This document shows, in pieces, positions 46,957 to 57,737 of a stretch of 64,000 nucleotides of DNA. Under the pieces are notes generated by a model that searched no databases, was not told the origin of the DNA, and was given only the letters and a program-made list of their open reading frames with translations. Numbering within the stretch: position 1 is the first letter of the stretch; each line of letters starts with the position of its first letter. Where the stretch lies: contig CAYUCL010000003.1 in NCBI GenBank assembly GCA_964443325.1, positions 100,519 to 164,518 on the forward strand, given 5' to 3'. The translations under genes were made by a program, and so were the position numbers. Origin of the DNA: an uncultured Dehalococcoidales bacterium. Lineage in GTDB: Bacteria; Chloroflexota; Dehalococcoidia; E44-bin15.

Positions 46957-48666
46957 ATGGAGGCTAAGGATAAGTACTTCGAAAAACCGTGGCTAAAGTT
47001 CTATCCTGAAGGGGTTCCAGAAAGCGTTGAAATTCCAGAGCGATCCTTGTCCGAAGTGTTTGATGAGATAACCACTAAGTATTCGAAAAAGACTGCAATA
47101 ATATTCTATGGTAATAACATAAGCTTCAGAAATTTAAGGGAGGATGTCGATAGATTCGCAACAGCCCTACATGAGCTAGGTATCCAGAAGGGAGACAAAC
47201 TCGCCCTCTACTTGCTGAACAGCCCTCAATATGTCATTGCCTATTTTGGCGCGCTCAAAGTCGGTGCAACACTAACGCCAATAAGCCCTGTTTACACTAG
47301 CATTGAGGTAAAGCATCAGCTTGAAGATAGTGAAGCCCAGTCTATTGTGTGCCAGGATCTGCTGTACGATAACGTCGAAATGACGGGAATGGAACTTAAG
47401 AACGTCATTCTGACCAGCATCGGTGAGTATTTGCCTGCCTCAAGGAAACTTGCAGGGAAAAGTGTCCTTGGCAGGATATACGGGCAGATGGGAGTCCCCA
47501 GCCCCAAAATCCTTGAAAGGCCTGGCTTCCACCAGTTCCAAAAGATGCTAAAACAATATCCGCCAAATCCCCCTAAAATCGAAATCAACGCCAAGAAAGA
47601 CATAGCTGCACTCCCATACACCGGCGGAACTACAGGCTTGCCCAAGGGTGCATTGTTAACTCACCATAATCTGCTCGCCTGTCAGATGCAGACCCAGGCT
47701 TTTTGGCCCATACTCGAGGAAGGCAAAGAGGTTATTCCGGCATTCCTGCCATTCTACCATATCTATGGCCAGGTAGTGGCTATGATCAACGGGTTGACTC
47801 AGGGATCAACCCTGATTCTCTTCACCACACCTGACATTGAAGAGATTATATCTGCCATGGAGAGGTACAGAGCAACGGTGTTCTTTAGCGTTCCAACCGC
47901 ATACCAATTTCTCAAGGACTACGATAAGACCTCAAGGATAAATTGGAAGCGGCTCAAGATCATCACCTGTGGTGCAGACACCCTTCATGAGTCAACCGTC
48001 GCCGATTGGGAGAGGAGGACAGGGTCTAAGATCCTTGAAGGTTACGGTCTAACTGAGTGTAGCGCTGTATCTCACGCTAATCCAATGGGAAGGACAAAGG
48101 CCGGTTCATTCGGTGTTCCGATACCCGGCATGATGGCAGCGGTTGTTCGTCCTGAAACTACCGAGTATGTTCCTCCCGGCGAGGTTGGCGAACTGCTGCT
48201 AAACGGGTTGAACGTGATGCAGGGCTACTGGAAAAGGCCAGAAGATACAAGGGAGACCTTGATTGAGCTGGATGGCAAAACGTGGCTCAGGACGGGGGAC
48301 CTGGTTAGCATGGACGAGGAAGGCTACTTCTACTTCTATGATAGACAGAAGGACTTGATCAAGTATAAGGGCTATTCTGTCTTTGCCCGGGAGATAGAAG
48401 AGGTCTTAACCCAGCACCCACAGGTTAAGACGGCAGGGGTTTTTGGCGTTCCCAACCCCGATGTAGGACAGATTATCAAGGCGATCGTGGTTCTCCAAGC
48501 TGAGGCAAGAGGGAAAATATCGGAGGAAGAACTTCTCAACTATTGTGAAGAGAATCTTGCTCACTACAAAGTTCCCAAGATTTTAGAATTCAGGGGTGAG
48601 TTACCCAAGACAGATGTAGGAAAGGTATCGCGCAGGGAACTCAGGGAAGAGTACGAGGAGGAATGA
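46957..48666 (+). CDS. Long-chain acyl-CoA ligase (FadD-like)
   Basis: PYTGGTTGLPKG, EGYGLTE, LRTGD, DRQKDLIK, PKTDVGK. Confidence 0.9.
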   Translation: MEAKDKYFEKPWLKFYPEGVPESVEIPERSLSEVFDEITTKYSKKTAIIFYGNNISFRNLREDVDRFATALHELGIQKGDKLALYLLNSPQYVIAYFGALKVGATLTPISPVYTSIEVKHQLEDSEAQSIVCQDLLYDNVEMTGMELKNVILTSIGEYLPASRKLAGKSVLGRIYGQMGVPSPKILERPGFHQFQKMLKQYPPNPPKIEINAKKDIAALPYTGGTTGLPKGALLTHHNLLACQMQTQAFWPILEEGKEVIPAFLPFYHIYGQVVAMINGLTQGSTLILFTTPDIEEIISAMERYRATVFFSVPTAYQFLKDYDKTSRINWKRLKIITCGADTLHESTVADWERRTGSKILEGYGLTECSAVSHANPMGRTKAGSFGVPIPGMMAAVVRPETTEYVPPGEVGELLLNGLNVMQGYWKRPEDTRETLIELDGKTWLRTGDLVSMDEEGYFYFYDRQKDLIKYKGYSVFAREIEEVLTQHPQVKTAGVFGVPNPDVGQIIKAIVVLQAEARGKISEEELLNYCEENLAHYKVPKILEFRGELPKTDVGKVSRRELREEYEEE

Positions 48667-48667
48667 G

Positions 48668-49435
48668 CTGAACGTTCCCTTTTTTCAAGTTGAGAACCTG
48701 ACCAAGCGATTCGGCGGCCTGACCGCAGTTAACAGTGTCAGCTTCCAAATCGCCCAGGATGAGATCGTTGGCCTCATAGGCCCAAATGGAGCGGGAAAGA
48801 CTACGCTGCTGCGCCTTATAACCGGTATATTGAAGCCTGATTCCGGCAAGGTGAGATTTAAAGGCAAGGATATCACTGGATCCAAACCTTGGACCATCGT
48901 TAACCACGGAATAGTGGGGACATTCCAGGTTACTAGGCCATTTCGCCGTTTGCCCATCATTGCCAATGTCATGGTAGCTGGCCTGTGCCCCAGAGCATCG
49001 AAGAGGGGGGAATGGGTTAAGACAGTCGAGTCCAGAGCGCTAGATGCATTGGAGTTCGTCGGCGTTTCCGACCTTGCCCTTGAGCCTGCTTCCACCCTGT
49101 CTCACGGAGACCTGAATCGCCTGGAGATAGCCCGGGCGATCGCCACCGACCCTGAATTGCTCATGCTAGATGAGCCATTCAGCGGACTGAATCCCGCCGA
49201 GACCGATTTGCTGGCAAAATCTATCAAGAGGTTGCACAAAGGGGGCAGGTTCGGCAGATTGCACAGTGAAGGGCCGACCATGATTATCATCGAACACAAG
49301 TTGCCAGAGTTGATGAAAATAGTTGACCGCGTTATCGTGCTCGACTTCGGCGAGATGATTGCCGACGGCGCTCCAGAAAAGGTAGTCAAGGACGAGAAGG
49401 TGATCGAGGCTTACATCGGCAAGGAGGTTATCTAA
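48668..49435 (+). CDS. Liv-type ABC transporter ATP-binding subunit (LivG-like); probable CTG start
   Basis: Walker A GPNGAGKT lies upstream of the ORF-track start; frame is open from CTG 48668 (GAGGAGG SD 6 nt upstream); LDEPFSG, IEH. Confidence 0.85.
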   Translation: MNVPFFQVENLTKRFGGLTAVNSVSFQIAQDEIVGLIGPNGAGKTTLLRLITGILKPDSGKVRFKGKDITGSKPWTIVNHGIVGTFQVTRPFRRLPIIANVMVAGLCPRASKRGEWVKTVESRALDALEFVGVSDLALEPASTLSHGDLNRLEIARAIATDPELLMLDEPFSGLNPAETDLLAKSIKRLHKGGRFGRLHSEGPTMIIIEHKLPELMKIVDRVIVLDFGEMIADGAPEKVVKDEKVIEAYIGKEVI

Positions 49436-49436
49436 G

Positions 49437-50186
49437 TTGCTTCTCCAAGTTGAGAATATATCGGTCCGTTACGACACCGCTCTGGTGCTAAATGACCTGA
49501 GTTTGGAGGTTGATGAAGGGGAGTTGGTAAGTCTGGTGGGCCCAAATGGTGCTGGAAAGACGACGCTACTGCGTACTATAACCGGGCTGGTGAGATGGGA
49601 AAAGAGTACGATGAAGGGAGCGCGGGGTGGTGACATAACCATTGAAGGCATCGTCCACTTTGCCGGGGAAAGGATAGACAAGCTGGCAGCACATGATATT
49701 GTAAAGAGGGGCCTAGTTCATTGTCCAGAGAGAAGAAGGCCCTTTCGAGAGATGACAGTTGCTGAAAACCTGAAGGCTGGCGGTTACCTGTGCAGCGATA
49801 GAAAAGAGTTTCACAAAAGGCTAGAAATGGTGTATCAGCTATTCCCGGTGCTGAAAGATAGGGGAAATCAGATATCGGGTAAACTATCCGGCGGAGAGCA
49901 ACAGATGCTCGCCATTGCAAGGGCTTTGATGCTCCAGCCTAAGCTACTATGTATCGATGAGCCTTCGACCGGGCTTGCGTCCAAGCTGAAACAGGAATTG
50001 TTTGAGCGCATACAGGAGATTAAGAGTTCGGGCATTGCTATGCTCCTGGTTGAGCAGGATGTCAACATGGCATTTAAATTGGCCAGCAGAAACTACGTTA
50101 TGTCTCATGGAAAAGTGATCTCCGAAGGAACGAGCGAGGAATTGCTCAAAGACGAGGCCATCAGAAAGACATACTTAGGCTTATAG
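49437..50186 (+). CDS. Liv-type ABC transporter ATP-binding subunit (LivF-like)
   Basis: GPNGAGKT, CPERRRPF, LSGGEQQM, IDEPS, VEQ. Confidence 0.92.
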   Translation: MLLQVENISVRYDTALVLNDLSLEVDEGELVSLVGPNGAGKTTLLRTITGLVRWEKSTMKGARGGDITIEGIVHFAGERIDKLAAHDIVKRGLVHCPERRRPFREMTVAENLKAGGYLCSDRKEFHKRLEMVYQLFPVLKDRGNQISGKLSGGEQQMLAIARALMLQPKLLCIDEPSTGLASKLKQELFERIQEIKSSGIAMLLVEQDVNMAFKLASRNYVMSHGKVISEGTSEELLKDEAIRKTYLGL

Positions 50187-50197
50187 CTTTATAATTC

Positions 50198-51244
50198 CTA
50201 ATCCAGATCCGCCCCACATATTCGGCATGTCTTGCGGGTAGCTATGTTCCGTATCTTGCATCTGGGGCATTCTTTTTCTATCTTGTCCCTCACCCAGGTG
50301 GTGATTCCCTCAGGCATAAACAACAGGACTAGCAGTACTATGATGGCAAAGACCAACATTCGTATCTCAGGCATGGCACGCAGCAATTCTGTAACCGGGA
50401 CAAGGATGAAGACCCCGGCTATTGGCCCGTAGATGGTTGCGATTCCTCCAAAAATGGCCCATATGATGGCCTGAAATGATACCATGAGCGCCAACGTTGA
50501 TGTTGGACCAGCAATCCTCATGAAATGGACAAAGAGCCCTCCAGCTATCCCGGCAAATAGTCCGCTGAGACAAAAGGCCAACAATTTATACTTGGTTGTG
50601 TTTATTCCAGACGCCCTGACCGCAACCTCATCCTCCCGTATGGCGTGAAAAATGATGCCAGTCTTGGAACCGGTGATCTTCCACATAATAAACCCCAGGC
50701 CGATCATAAGGGGGATGCAGATATAGTAATCGATCAGTCGCGAGCCAGAAAGAGGGTCTATGCCATAGACACCCAGTTCACCACCTGTTATATTTGGGAA
50801 AATATAGATTATTCCAGTCAGGATTAAGGGAAATGCCAGTGTGGCAAGGGCCAGGTAGGGACCCCTCAACCTAAGACAGGGCACACCGACAACAAGTCCA
50901 GCCAGTACCGCAGCAACTGCTCCAATAGGTATAGTCAGCCAATGCGGTAGTCCGATGTGCAGATTTAAAAGAGCAGATGTGTAGGCAGCGACCCCGAAAA
51001 AAAGGGCATGGCCAAAATTTATCTGACCAGTGAAGCCAGATAACAGGTCCCAGCTAGCAGCGAAGATGGCAAATATGCTCGCCAGTATCAAGATACGAAG
51101 AATGTATGTCTCTGACGTTATGAGGGGCATTAGAAAAAGGAGCAAACAGAAAAGCAAAACTATTGTTTTGCTGGGAAGTACCAGTATCTCTCCCCTGAAC
51201 TCCTTATATACCCTACCAATGTAAGCTCTTAAAATGCCAATCAT
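50198..51244 (-). CDS. Liv-type ABC permease (LivM-like) with a C-terminal zinc ribbon
   Basis: GFTGQINFGHA, LRLRGPY, IREDE, GGIAT, PEG; tail CPRC-x10-CRIC. Confidence 0.9.
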   Translation of the reverse strand: MIGILRAYIGRVYKEFRGEILVLPSKTIVLLFCLLLFLMPLITSETYILRILILASIFAIFAASWDLLSGFTGQINFGHALFFGVAAYTSALLNLHIGLPHWLTIPIGAVAAVLAGLVVGVPCLRLRGPYLALATLAFPLILTGIIYIFPNITGGELGVYGIDPLSGSRLIDYYICIPLMIGLGFIMWKITGSKTGIIFHAIREDEVAVRASGINTTKYKLLAFCLSGLFAGIAGGLFVHFMRIAGPTSTLALMVSFQAIIWAIFGGIATIYGPIAGVFILVPVTELLRAMPEIRMLVFAIIVLLVLLFMPEGITTWVRDKIEKECPRCKIRNIATRKTCRICGADLD

Positions 51245-52110
51245 CTCTCTTCCTCGAAGGATACTCCAAACAGGCCCTCAGGCCTTATCAAGATGATGAC
51301 CAACATGATCGCCAGCGCCACAGCTCCCTTCAAGAATGCACCCATAGGCACCAAGAAAACAACCAGCGTCTCGGTAAATCCCAGGATAAGGGCCCCGACG
51401 AAACTCCCTTTGATACTCCCCAGCCCACCGAGGACAACAACGGCTAAAACCATAATCAGCGGGTGCATCCACATATAGGGCGTCAAAGTGAATAGGGGAG
51501 CTACAAGTGCTCCGGCTATAGCCGCCAGCACTACCGCAATTGCCATGGTTATCATTCCTATTCTGGCGACGTTTATGCCCATCAAATTTGCTATCGCTCT
51601 GTCCTGAGCCGTGGCCCTGATAGCGATCCCCAACCTGGTCTTCATCAGCAGAGCCCATGTACCGAAAAGAATGATGGACACCGCCCCAAATGTTAGTAAA
51701 TACTGATAGGTAACCTTGACCCCCAGTATCGTTGCATATCCTGAAATCAGGCTGGAAACCCCGCGAAAATGACCACCAAACGCCAGGAGAACTACCTCCT
51801 GGATGATAATAGCCAGAGCTATAGTCACTATCAGTACCGTGGCCTCATGTGCCCGTACGCGTTCGATGACAAACTTGTAGACCAATACACCGATGATTGT
51901 TACAGCTACTATCGAGATGATGATAGACAAAACGGGATCTAGATCGAAGGACCTGGTGAAGGTGTATATCAAATAGGCGGCTAACATGTAAAATGCGGTG
52001 TGGGTCAAGTTGATGATGCGGGCTGCCCCAAAAATGAGAGAGAAACCTATCGCCAATAGGGCGTACACGCCACTGCTTATTATTCCATTTATTATTATGC
52101 CTTCAATCAT
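51241..52110 (-). CDS. Liv-type ABC permease (LivH-like)
   Basis: YALLAIGFSLIFG, INLTH, TRLGIAIRA, VVLGGLGS, RPEGLFG. Confidence 0.92.
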   Translation of the reverse strand: MIEGIIINGIISSGVYALLAIGFSLIFGAARIINLTHTAFYMLAAYLIYTFTRSFDLDPVLSIIISIVAVTIIGVLVYKFVIERVRAHEATVLIVTIALAIIIQEVVLLAFGGHFRGVSSLISGYATILGVKVTYQYLLTFGAVSIILFGTWALLMKTRLGIAIRATAQDRAIANLMGINVARIGMITMAIAVVLAAIAGALVAPLFTLTPYMWMHPLIMVLAVVVLGGLGSIKGSFVGALILGFTETLVVFLVPMGAFLKGAVALAIMLVIILIRPEGLFGVSFEEER

Positions 52111-52141
52111 GCCTTATTTGATCCTCGCAAATAAACATAGT

Positions 52142-52186
52142 GTATACCCCCTCGGCAAAGGCACATGCCCCGAAGAGGGGGTATAC
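52142..52186. other. Strong intercistronic hairpin between the binding-protein gene and livH
   Basis: 12-bp perfect stem GTATACCCCCTC / GAGGGGGTATAC. Confidence 0.65.
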
Positions 52187-52262
52187 TCCTATTACTGTTA
52201 ATGCCATAGCCCAATCCATGGCAAAGGATAAAATTGAAACCATCTAGCCAACGGCTAAAGCA

Positions 52263-53555
52263 TTACGGCCCCAGTGCTTCTATTACCCACGATGGCAGTT
52301 CATACTCTACAACGCCTTCGTAGGCTACGCCCTCCCACGACCCATCGGCAGGAGGCCAAACGGCCAGCATCTCCCCATCTCGCCACTGGACGCCGAGAGC
52401 GGTCACATAACCAGGGCCCCAGATTACATCATGGTTGCCATCGAATACCATTCTGCCAGCGGTTCCGGTGTAATCGGTCTTTTCAAGTTCAACAACGACG
52501 GCATCGCTATCCACAGTGCCTGCCGCCTCAATAGCGTCTTTCAATATGAACAGCGCTTCATAGGTGCCGGCATTATACGTGGGAAACTGCCCAAACCTAT
52601 CCACAAAGGTATTAAAAAAGGGTATGGTTTGGTCGGTGATTTTAACACCTGAGGCATAGGTATTCAAAGCCGTCTCATACTCGCCATATCCATCCGTTGC
52701 ATCCCAGAAGCCCTGCTTCTGCGCTTCTACATTAATCCCCACCGAAGCCGCAGGGATTTGCTTCTCGCCCCATTGCTTGGCGTAGACAATCCCCATCGGT
52801 CCAGATATTGTGGTAAAGATTATGTGTGCTCCAGCATCCTCTATGGCCGTCAACTCAGCCGTCACATCTGTAGCGGTATCGGAAGGCCGCCATGTGCCAA
52901 CCACCTCCATACCCGCGCTGGGTATCAAGGTGTTAGCAAACGTAACTATAGTTTCCGCCCACTCCAACTTCTCGGCTAATATGGCCACCTTTGGCGTCTC
53001 GATGCCGCATTCAGTTCTCAGTACGTCAGCCACCCTTTTCAGAAGCTCCATATCGACTCCGAAAAGGTAAACGTCATTTACCGGGGTAACTCTGAACCAG
53101 TACTTATACTTGTCATAATCGTCCGCTACCCCGTCACACAGCGCCTTGGTGGCGGAACCACAGCCAAGGAAGATCGTCTTGTTTTCCATGGCAATCTCTT
53201 GCATCGGAAATACGCCCTCAGTCCTGAAGCCACCAACTACAAAGTCCACCTTATCAACGGTTAGCACCCTTTCCATTGCACTGGCAGCATCTGTAGGGCT
53301 GAGGATTTCATTAGAGTCAACTTGTACCAGTTGTATCTGGTATGCCTCACCCCCCATCATTATGCCGCCTGCAGCGTTTATCTCCTCGGCTGCCAACGTA
53401 GCCCCATACCAATGGTGCTCGCCCTGTATAAAGGTCATCGGTCCAACTACGCCTATCTTTACCACATTCCCCGCCGCACCCCCGCCACAACTTGTCACCA
53501 AGAGTACCAGACAGGTAACTAGCGGGATAGTGGCCCCAAATATCACCTTCTTCAT
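52263..53555 (-). CDS. Liv-type ABC substrate-binding lipoprotein
   Basis: Lipobox LVTSC, KIGVVGP, AAEEINAAGG, VVGGFRTE; AAGGAGG SD. Confidence 0.9.
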   Translation of the reverse strand: MKKVIFGATIPLVTCLVLLVTSCGGGAAGNVVKIGVVGPMTFIQGEHHWYGATLAAEEINAAGGIMMGGEAYQIQLVQVDSNEILSPTDAASAMERVLTVDKVDFVVGGFRTEGVFPMQEIAMENKTIFLGCGSATKALCDGVADDYDKYKYWFRVTPVNDVYLFGVDMELLKRVADVLRTECGIETPKVAILAEKLEWAETIVTFANTLIPSAGMEVVGTWRPSDTATDVTAELTAIEDAGAHIIFTTISGPMGIVYAKQWGEKQIPAASVGINVEAQKQGFWDATDGYGEYETALNTYASGVKITDQTIPFFNTFVDRFGQFPTYNAGTYEALFILKDAIEAAGTVDSDAVVVELEKTDYTGTAGRMVFDGNHDVIWGPGYVTALGVQWRDGEMLAVWPPADGSWEGVAYEGVVEYELPSWVIEALGP

Positions 53556-53639
53556 CTCTTTAACCTCCTTTAGTCACCTAAATCTTGACCATTTTCTATT
53601 CTAACCCGGTAGCATCACCCCCTTCACATTACTAACTCC

Positions 53640-53796
53640 GCGGCGAACCTGTTCCGTTAAGGGGAATCGCCGCCTGCTCACAGGCCAAGCATGTCTTCAT
53701 TCACGACTCCAGATGCCTTCAAGCTCGTAACACGCCTGTTCAATCACAATAAACTCAAGTTGTCTGACAATAGCATTAGGCATCGATGTTGTCAAC
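53640..53796 (-). promoter_or_regulatory. Promoter and long structured leader of the binding-protein operon
   Basis: TTGACA-N17-TATTGT (53796-53768); palindrome TTGTC-T-GACAA at 53761-71; GCGGCGA/TCGCCGC stem at 53640-73. Confidence 0.55.
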
Positions 53797-53856
53797 CCTA
53801 GGACAGTTGATATAGCCCCTATCTATAAAGACTCATTACTGTGATTCGGTAAAAAA

Positions 53857-54870
53857 CTAAAGCCCCTTTACAGCAATAAAGGCTGCCAGGTCAGCGAGAC
53901 GACAGCTATAGGCCCACTCATTATCATACCACGAGAGCACCTTCACCATATTGCCCCCTATAACCATCGTGCTTGGGGCATCGACGATGGAGCTCGTCGG
54001 ATTCCCCTTGAAGTCGATACTCACCAATTCCTCTTCGCAAACGTCGAGAATCCCCTTCATCGCACCAGCAGCAGCCTTTCTGAAGGCTTCGTTAACCTGT
54101 TCAACAGTGACCTCTCGCTTCAGGTCGGCGACGAAGTCCACCACAGAAACCGTAGACACCGGTACACGGTATGCCATGCCATGAAGCCTCCCCACCAGTT
54201 CTGGTATCACCACGGTTACCGCCCTGGCGGCACCAGTAGTGGTGGGGATGATATTCATCGCCGCCGCCCGTGCTCTTCTTAGGTCATTATGATACATGTC
54301 AAGTATCCTCTGGTCGTTGGTATAGGCATGAATGGTTGACATTAACCCCTTTTCAACCCCGAAAGCATCATGAAGGACCTTGACCACCGGGGCAATACAG
54401 TTGGTAGTGCAGGAGGCATTGGATATGATGCGATGCTTCTTGGGGTCATAGTGGTTCTCATTAACCCCGAGGACAATGGTGACATCCTCATTCTTCGCCG
54501 GCGCTGAGATGATTATCTTCTTGGCACCTCCCTCAAGATGGGCAGCGGCCTTGGTGGCATCGGTGAAAAGCCCGGTGGACTCCATCACCACCTCAGCCCC
54601 ATAATCCCTCCACGCGATCTTTGCTGGGTCACGCTCAGAGAGCACCCTTACCGCCCGACCATCGACGATAATGCTATCCTCGGTGAAATCAACCTTGCTC
54701 GTGCTGACACCGTAGTTGGTGTCATACCTTAGAAGATGGGCGTTGGTCTTGGTGTTGGTGAGGTCATTCAACGCGACCACCTCGAGTTTCCCTGGGTAGT
54801 TTTCATTAATCGCCTTAAGAACTTGCCTCCCTATCCTGCCGAAGCCATTGATGCCAATCTTGGTTGCCAT
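53857..54870 (-). CDS. gap: Type I glyceraldehyde-3-phosphate dehydrogenase
   Basis: [35 protein letters not shown]. The ORF-track N-terminal extension is translated repeat DNA. Confidence 0.97.
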   Translation of the reverse strand: MATKIGINGFGRIGRQVLKAINENYPGKLEVVALNDLTNTKTNAHLLRYDTNYGVSTSKVDFTEDSIIVDGRAVRVLSERDPAKIAWRDYGAEVVMESTGLFTDATKAAAHLEGGAKKIIISAPAKNEDVTIVLGVNENHYDPKKHRIISNASCTTNCIAPVVKVLHDAFGVEKGLMSTIHAYTNDQRILDMYHNDLRRARAAAMNIIPTTTGAARAVTVVIPELVGRLHGMAYRVPVSTVSVVDFVADLKREVTVEQVNEAFRKAAAGAMKGILDVCEEELVSIDFKGNPTSSIVDAPSTMVIGGNMVKVLSWYDNEWAYSCRLADLAAFIAVKGL

Positions 54871-54918
54871 TTTCATCCTCCTTTCTTTTGTCCCTATCTT
54901 TTCCGAAAATAGCTTTAT

Positions 54919-55054
54919 TCCGTTTGCCCTGAACTTGTCGAAGGGCTCTTCATGGTTCGACAAGCCTGTCCTGAGCCCGTCGAAGGGCTCACCACGAACG
55001 GTATCTGGCACAGCCTATTTTCATGATTCATTGATAGGCAATTGCCCATGAATG
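54919..55054. repeat. Dispersed repeat (CCTGA-CTTGTCGAAGGG family) with two tandem core units
   Basis: CCCTGAACTTGTCGAAGGGCTC and CCTGAGCCCGTCGAAGGGCTC plus downstream motifs shared with 42542-42678. Confidence 0.72.
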
Positions 55055-55119
55055 TTTGCTCTTAGCATCCCGTCCAGCATCCATCGCTACAAGCATCACC
55101 GACCCAGCAAGCTTAAAGA

Positions 55120-56178
55120 TCAAGGATGGGACTGTTTTACCTTGCTAGCAACTACACTTGACAAAGGTAAATGACCATCACCCTCTCTTGAACTTCGGCG
55201 CTTAATCATGTCAATAAAAGCCTCAACCCTCGTTTGCAGGTGCTGGGTGAGAAGATAATCGTTGTTTCCTTCCAGGGTCAGAATAGGCAGTTCGATTCGC
55301 TTGCGAAATATAATGTCACCGATGCCACGGTGGCAAAAGGCTTGAACATAGTGAATTACCCCATCCACCCGGCGAAGGCTTAGCTGGGGAATGATATCGT
55401 TCAGCCTGTCGAAAATGGAGTACGGATAGGTATAGGCTGAGTACTGTTCAGTAAGTGTGTTAACGCTGTTGGGCATGGCGAACTGGCGCTGAATCTCGTT
55501 GAATACAATCCTTGCCCCCTGGGTTTCTACAAAATGGTACAGATCCTTGGCGAAGATCGGAGGCACGCCGATATAGGCGAGGTGAAGCATGTCATCAGGG
55601 TAGGGGTTCCGCCCCTGAGCGTCATGCAGAACGATGCTCAGTTGCCGCCCATATTCTTCGTAGTCCCCTAAGAAGTCGGAGCTTGAAACAAGCCAGTAGT
55701 GGTTCTCCCACCCACTGATGACGCCATCTCTCCAGGTAAGCCGGTCAAGCTCCTCGGCCAGGCTTCTCGCTGGCTCAAGCTTTTTCCGAACTTTTTCTGC
55801 CGCCCCTATAGTTGTTCCCAAAGTATCCGCGAGAGATTCCAAGGTACTCTGCATGTCCAAGGCATCGGGATGGTCAGGGTAGGCGAAAGGAATCACGTTG
55901 AGCCCTTTCAACTTGAAGACCTCCATAAGCATAATGGTATTGGAGCAATCGCCGGTGGTAACGCAGAGGAGGTTATCTATTCCCCGCTCCATAGCAACCC
56001 CGTATATACCCTTGATCCAGGTGCAGCAGTTTATAGGAAAGCCATCCCGCTCGGCAATGTTGACCAGCCTCTCTGGGTCAGGGTCGGATATAAACAGATT
56101 GTTTAAGTCAACCGGCATATAGCCCGCTGCCAGTAGGATCTCTATAGGGACTGTGGTTGTAATGCCTAGCTGTTTCAT
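55120..56178 (-). CDS. Stand-alone 2-hydroxyacyl-CoA dehydratase-family (HgdB/FldC-like) Fe-S subunit
   Basis: GITTTVPIE, NCCTWIKG, GDCSNT, RVDGVIHYVQAFCHR, TRVEAF. Confidence 0.8.
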   Translation of the reverse strand: MKQLGITTTVPIEILLAAGYMPVDLNNLFISDPDPERLVNIAERDGFPINCCTWIKGIYGVAMERGIDNLLCVTTGDCSNTIMLMEVFKLKGLNVIPFAYPDHPDALDMQSTLESLADTLGTTIGAAEKVRKKLEPARSLAEELDRLTWRDGVISGWENHYWLVSSSDFLGDYEEYGRQLSIVLHDAQGRNPYPDDMLHLAYIGVPPIFAKDLYHFVETQGARIVFNEIQRQFAMPNSVNTLTEQYSAYTYPYSIFDRLNDIIPQLSLRRVDGVIHYVQAFCHRGIGDIIFRKRIELPILTLEGNNDYLLTQHLQTRVEAFIDMIKRRSSREGDGHLPLSSVVASKVKQSHP

Positions 56179-56201
56179 GTATTTTGGTCCTTTTACCCAG
56201 C

Positions 56202-56373
56202 GTAGCGCGACCCTTCAGGGTCGCCTATACTATTATCACCCTAACTTCGTTTGCACTTTGACATTCTTAAGAGTTGAAGCGACTGGAGAATCTCATCGAG
56301 ATTCTTCGCCTGCGGCTCAGAATGACAAGAATAAGGTCACTTCTACTATGGCGAGGCTAAAGCCTCGCGCTAC
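56202..56373. repeat. Second GTAG REP-like element (inverted), split by an inserted palindromic GAGATTCTTCG..CTCAGAATGACA element
   Basis: GTAGCGCGACCCTTCAGGGTCGC (56202) and GCGAGGCTAAAGCCTCGCGCTAC (to 56373) match the reverse complement of the two arms of 31699-31749; inner element at 56259-56327. Confidence 0.78.
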
Positions 56374-56429
56374 ATTATACCAGCCTACACCTCCAGGCAG
56401 AGCAGCATAGCCTCTTCTATCAATCACCT

Positions 56430-57737
<1,308 letters not shown>

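Noticed and set aside
54871-55011. 47-aa N-terminal extension of GAPDH in the ORF track
   Set aside because: It is translated repeat DNA (PFDGLR/PFDKFR); the SD supports a start at 54870.
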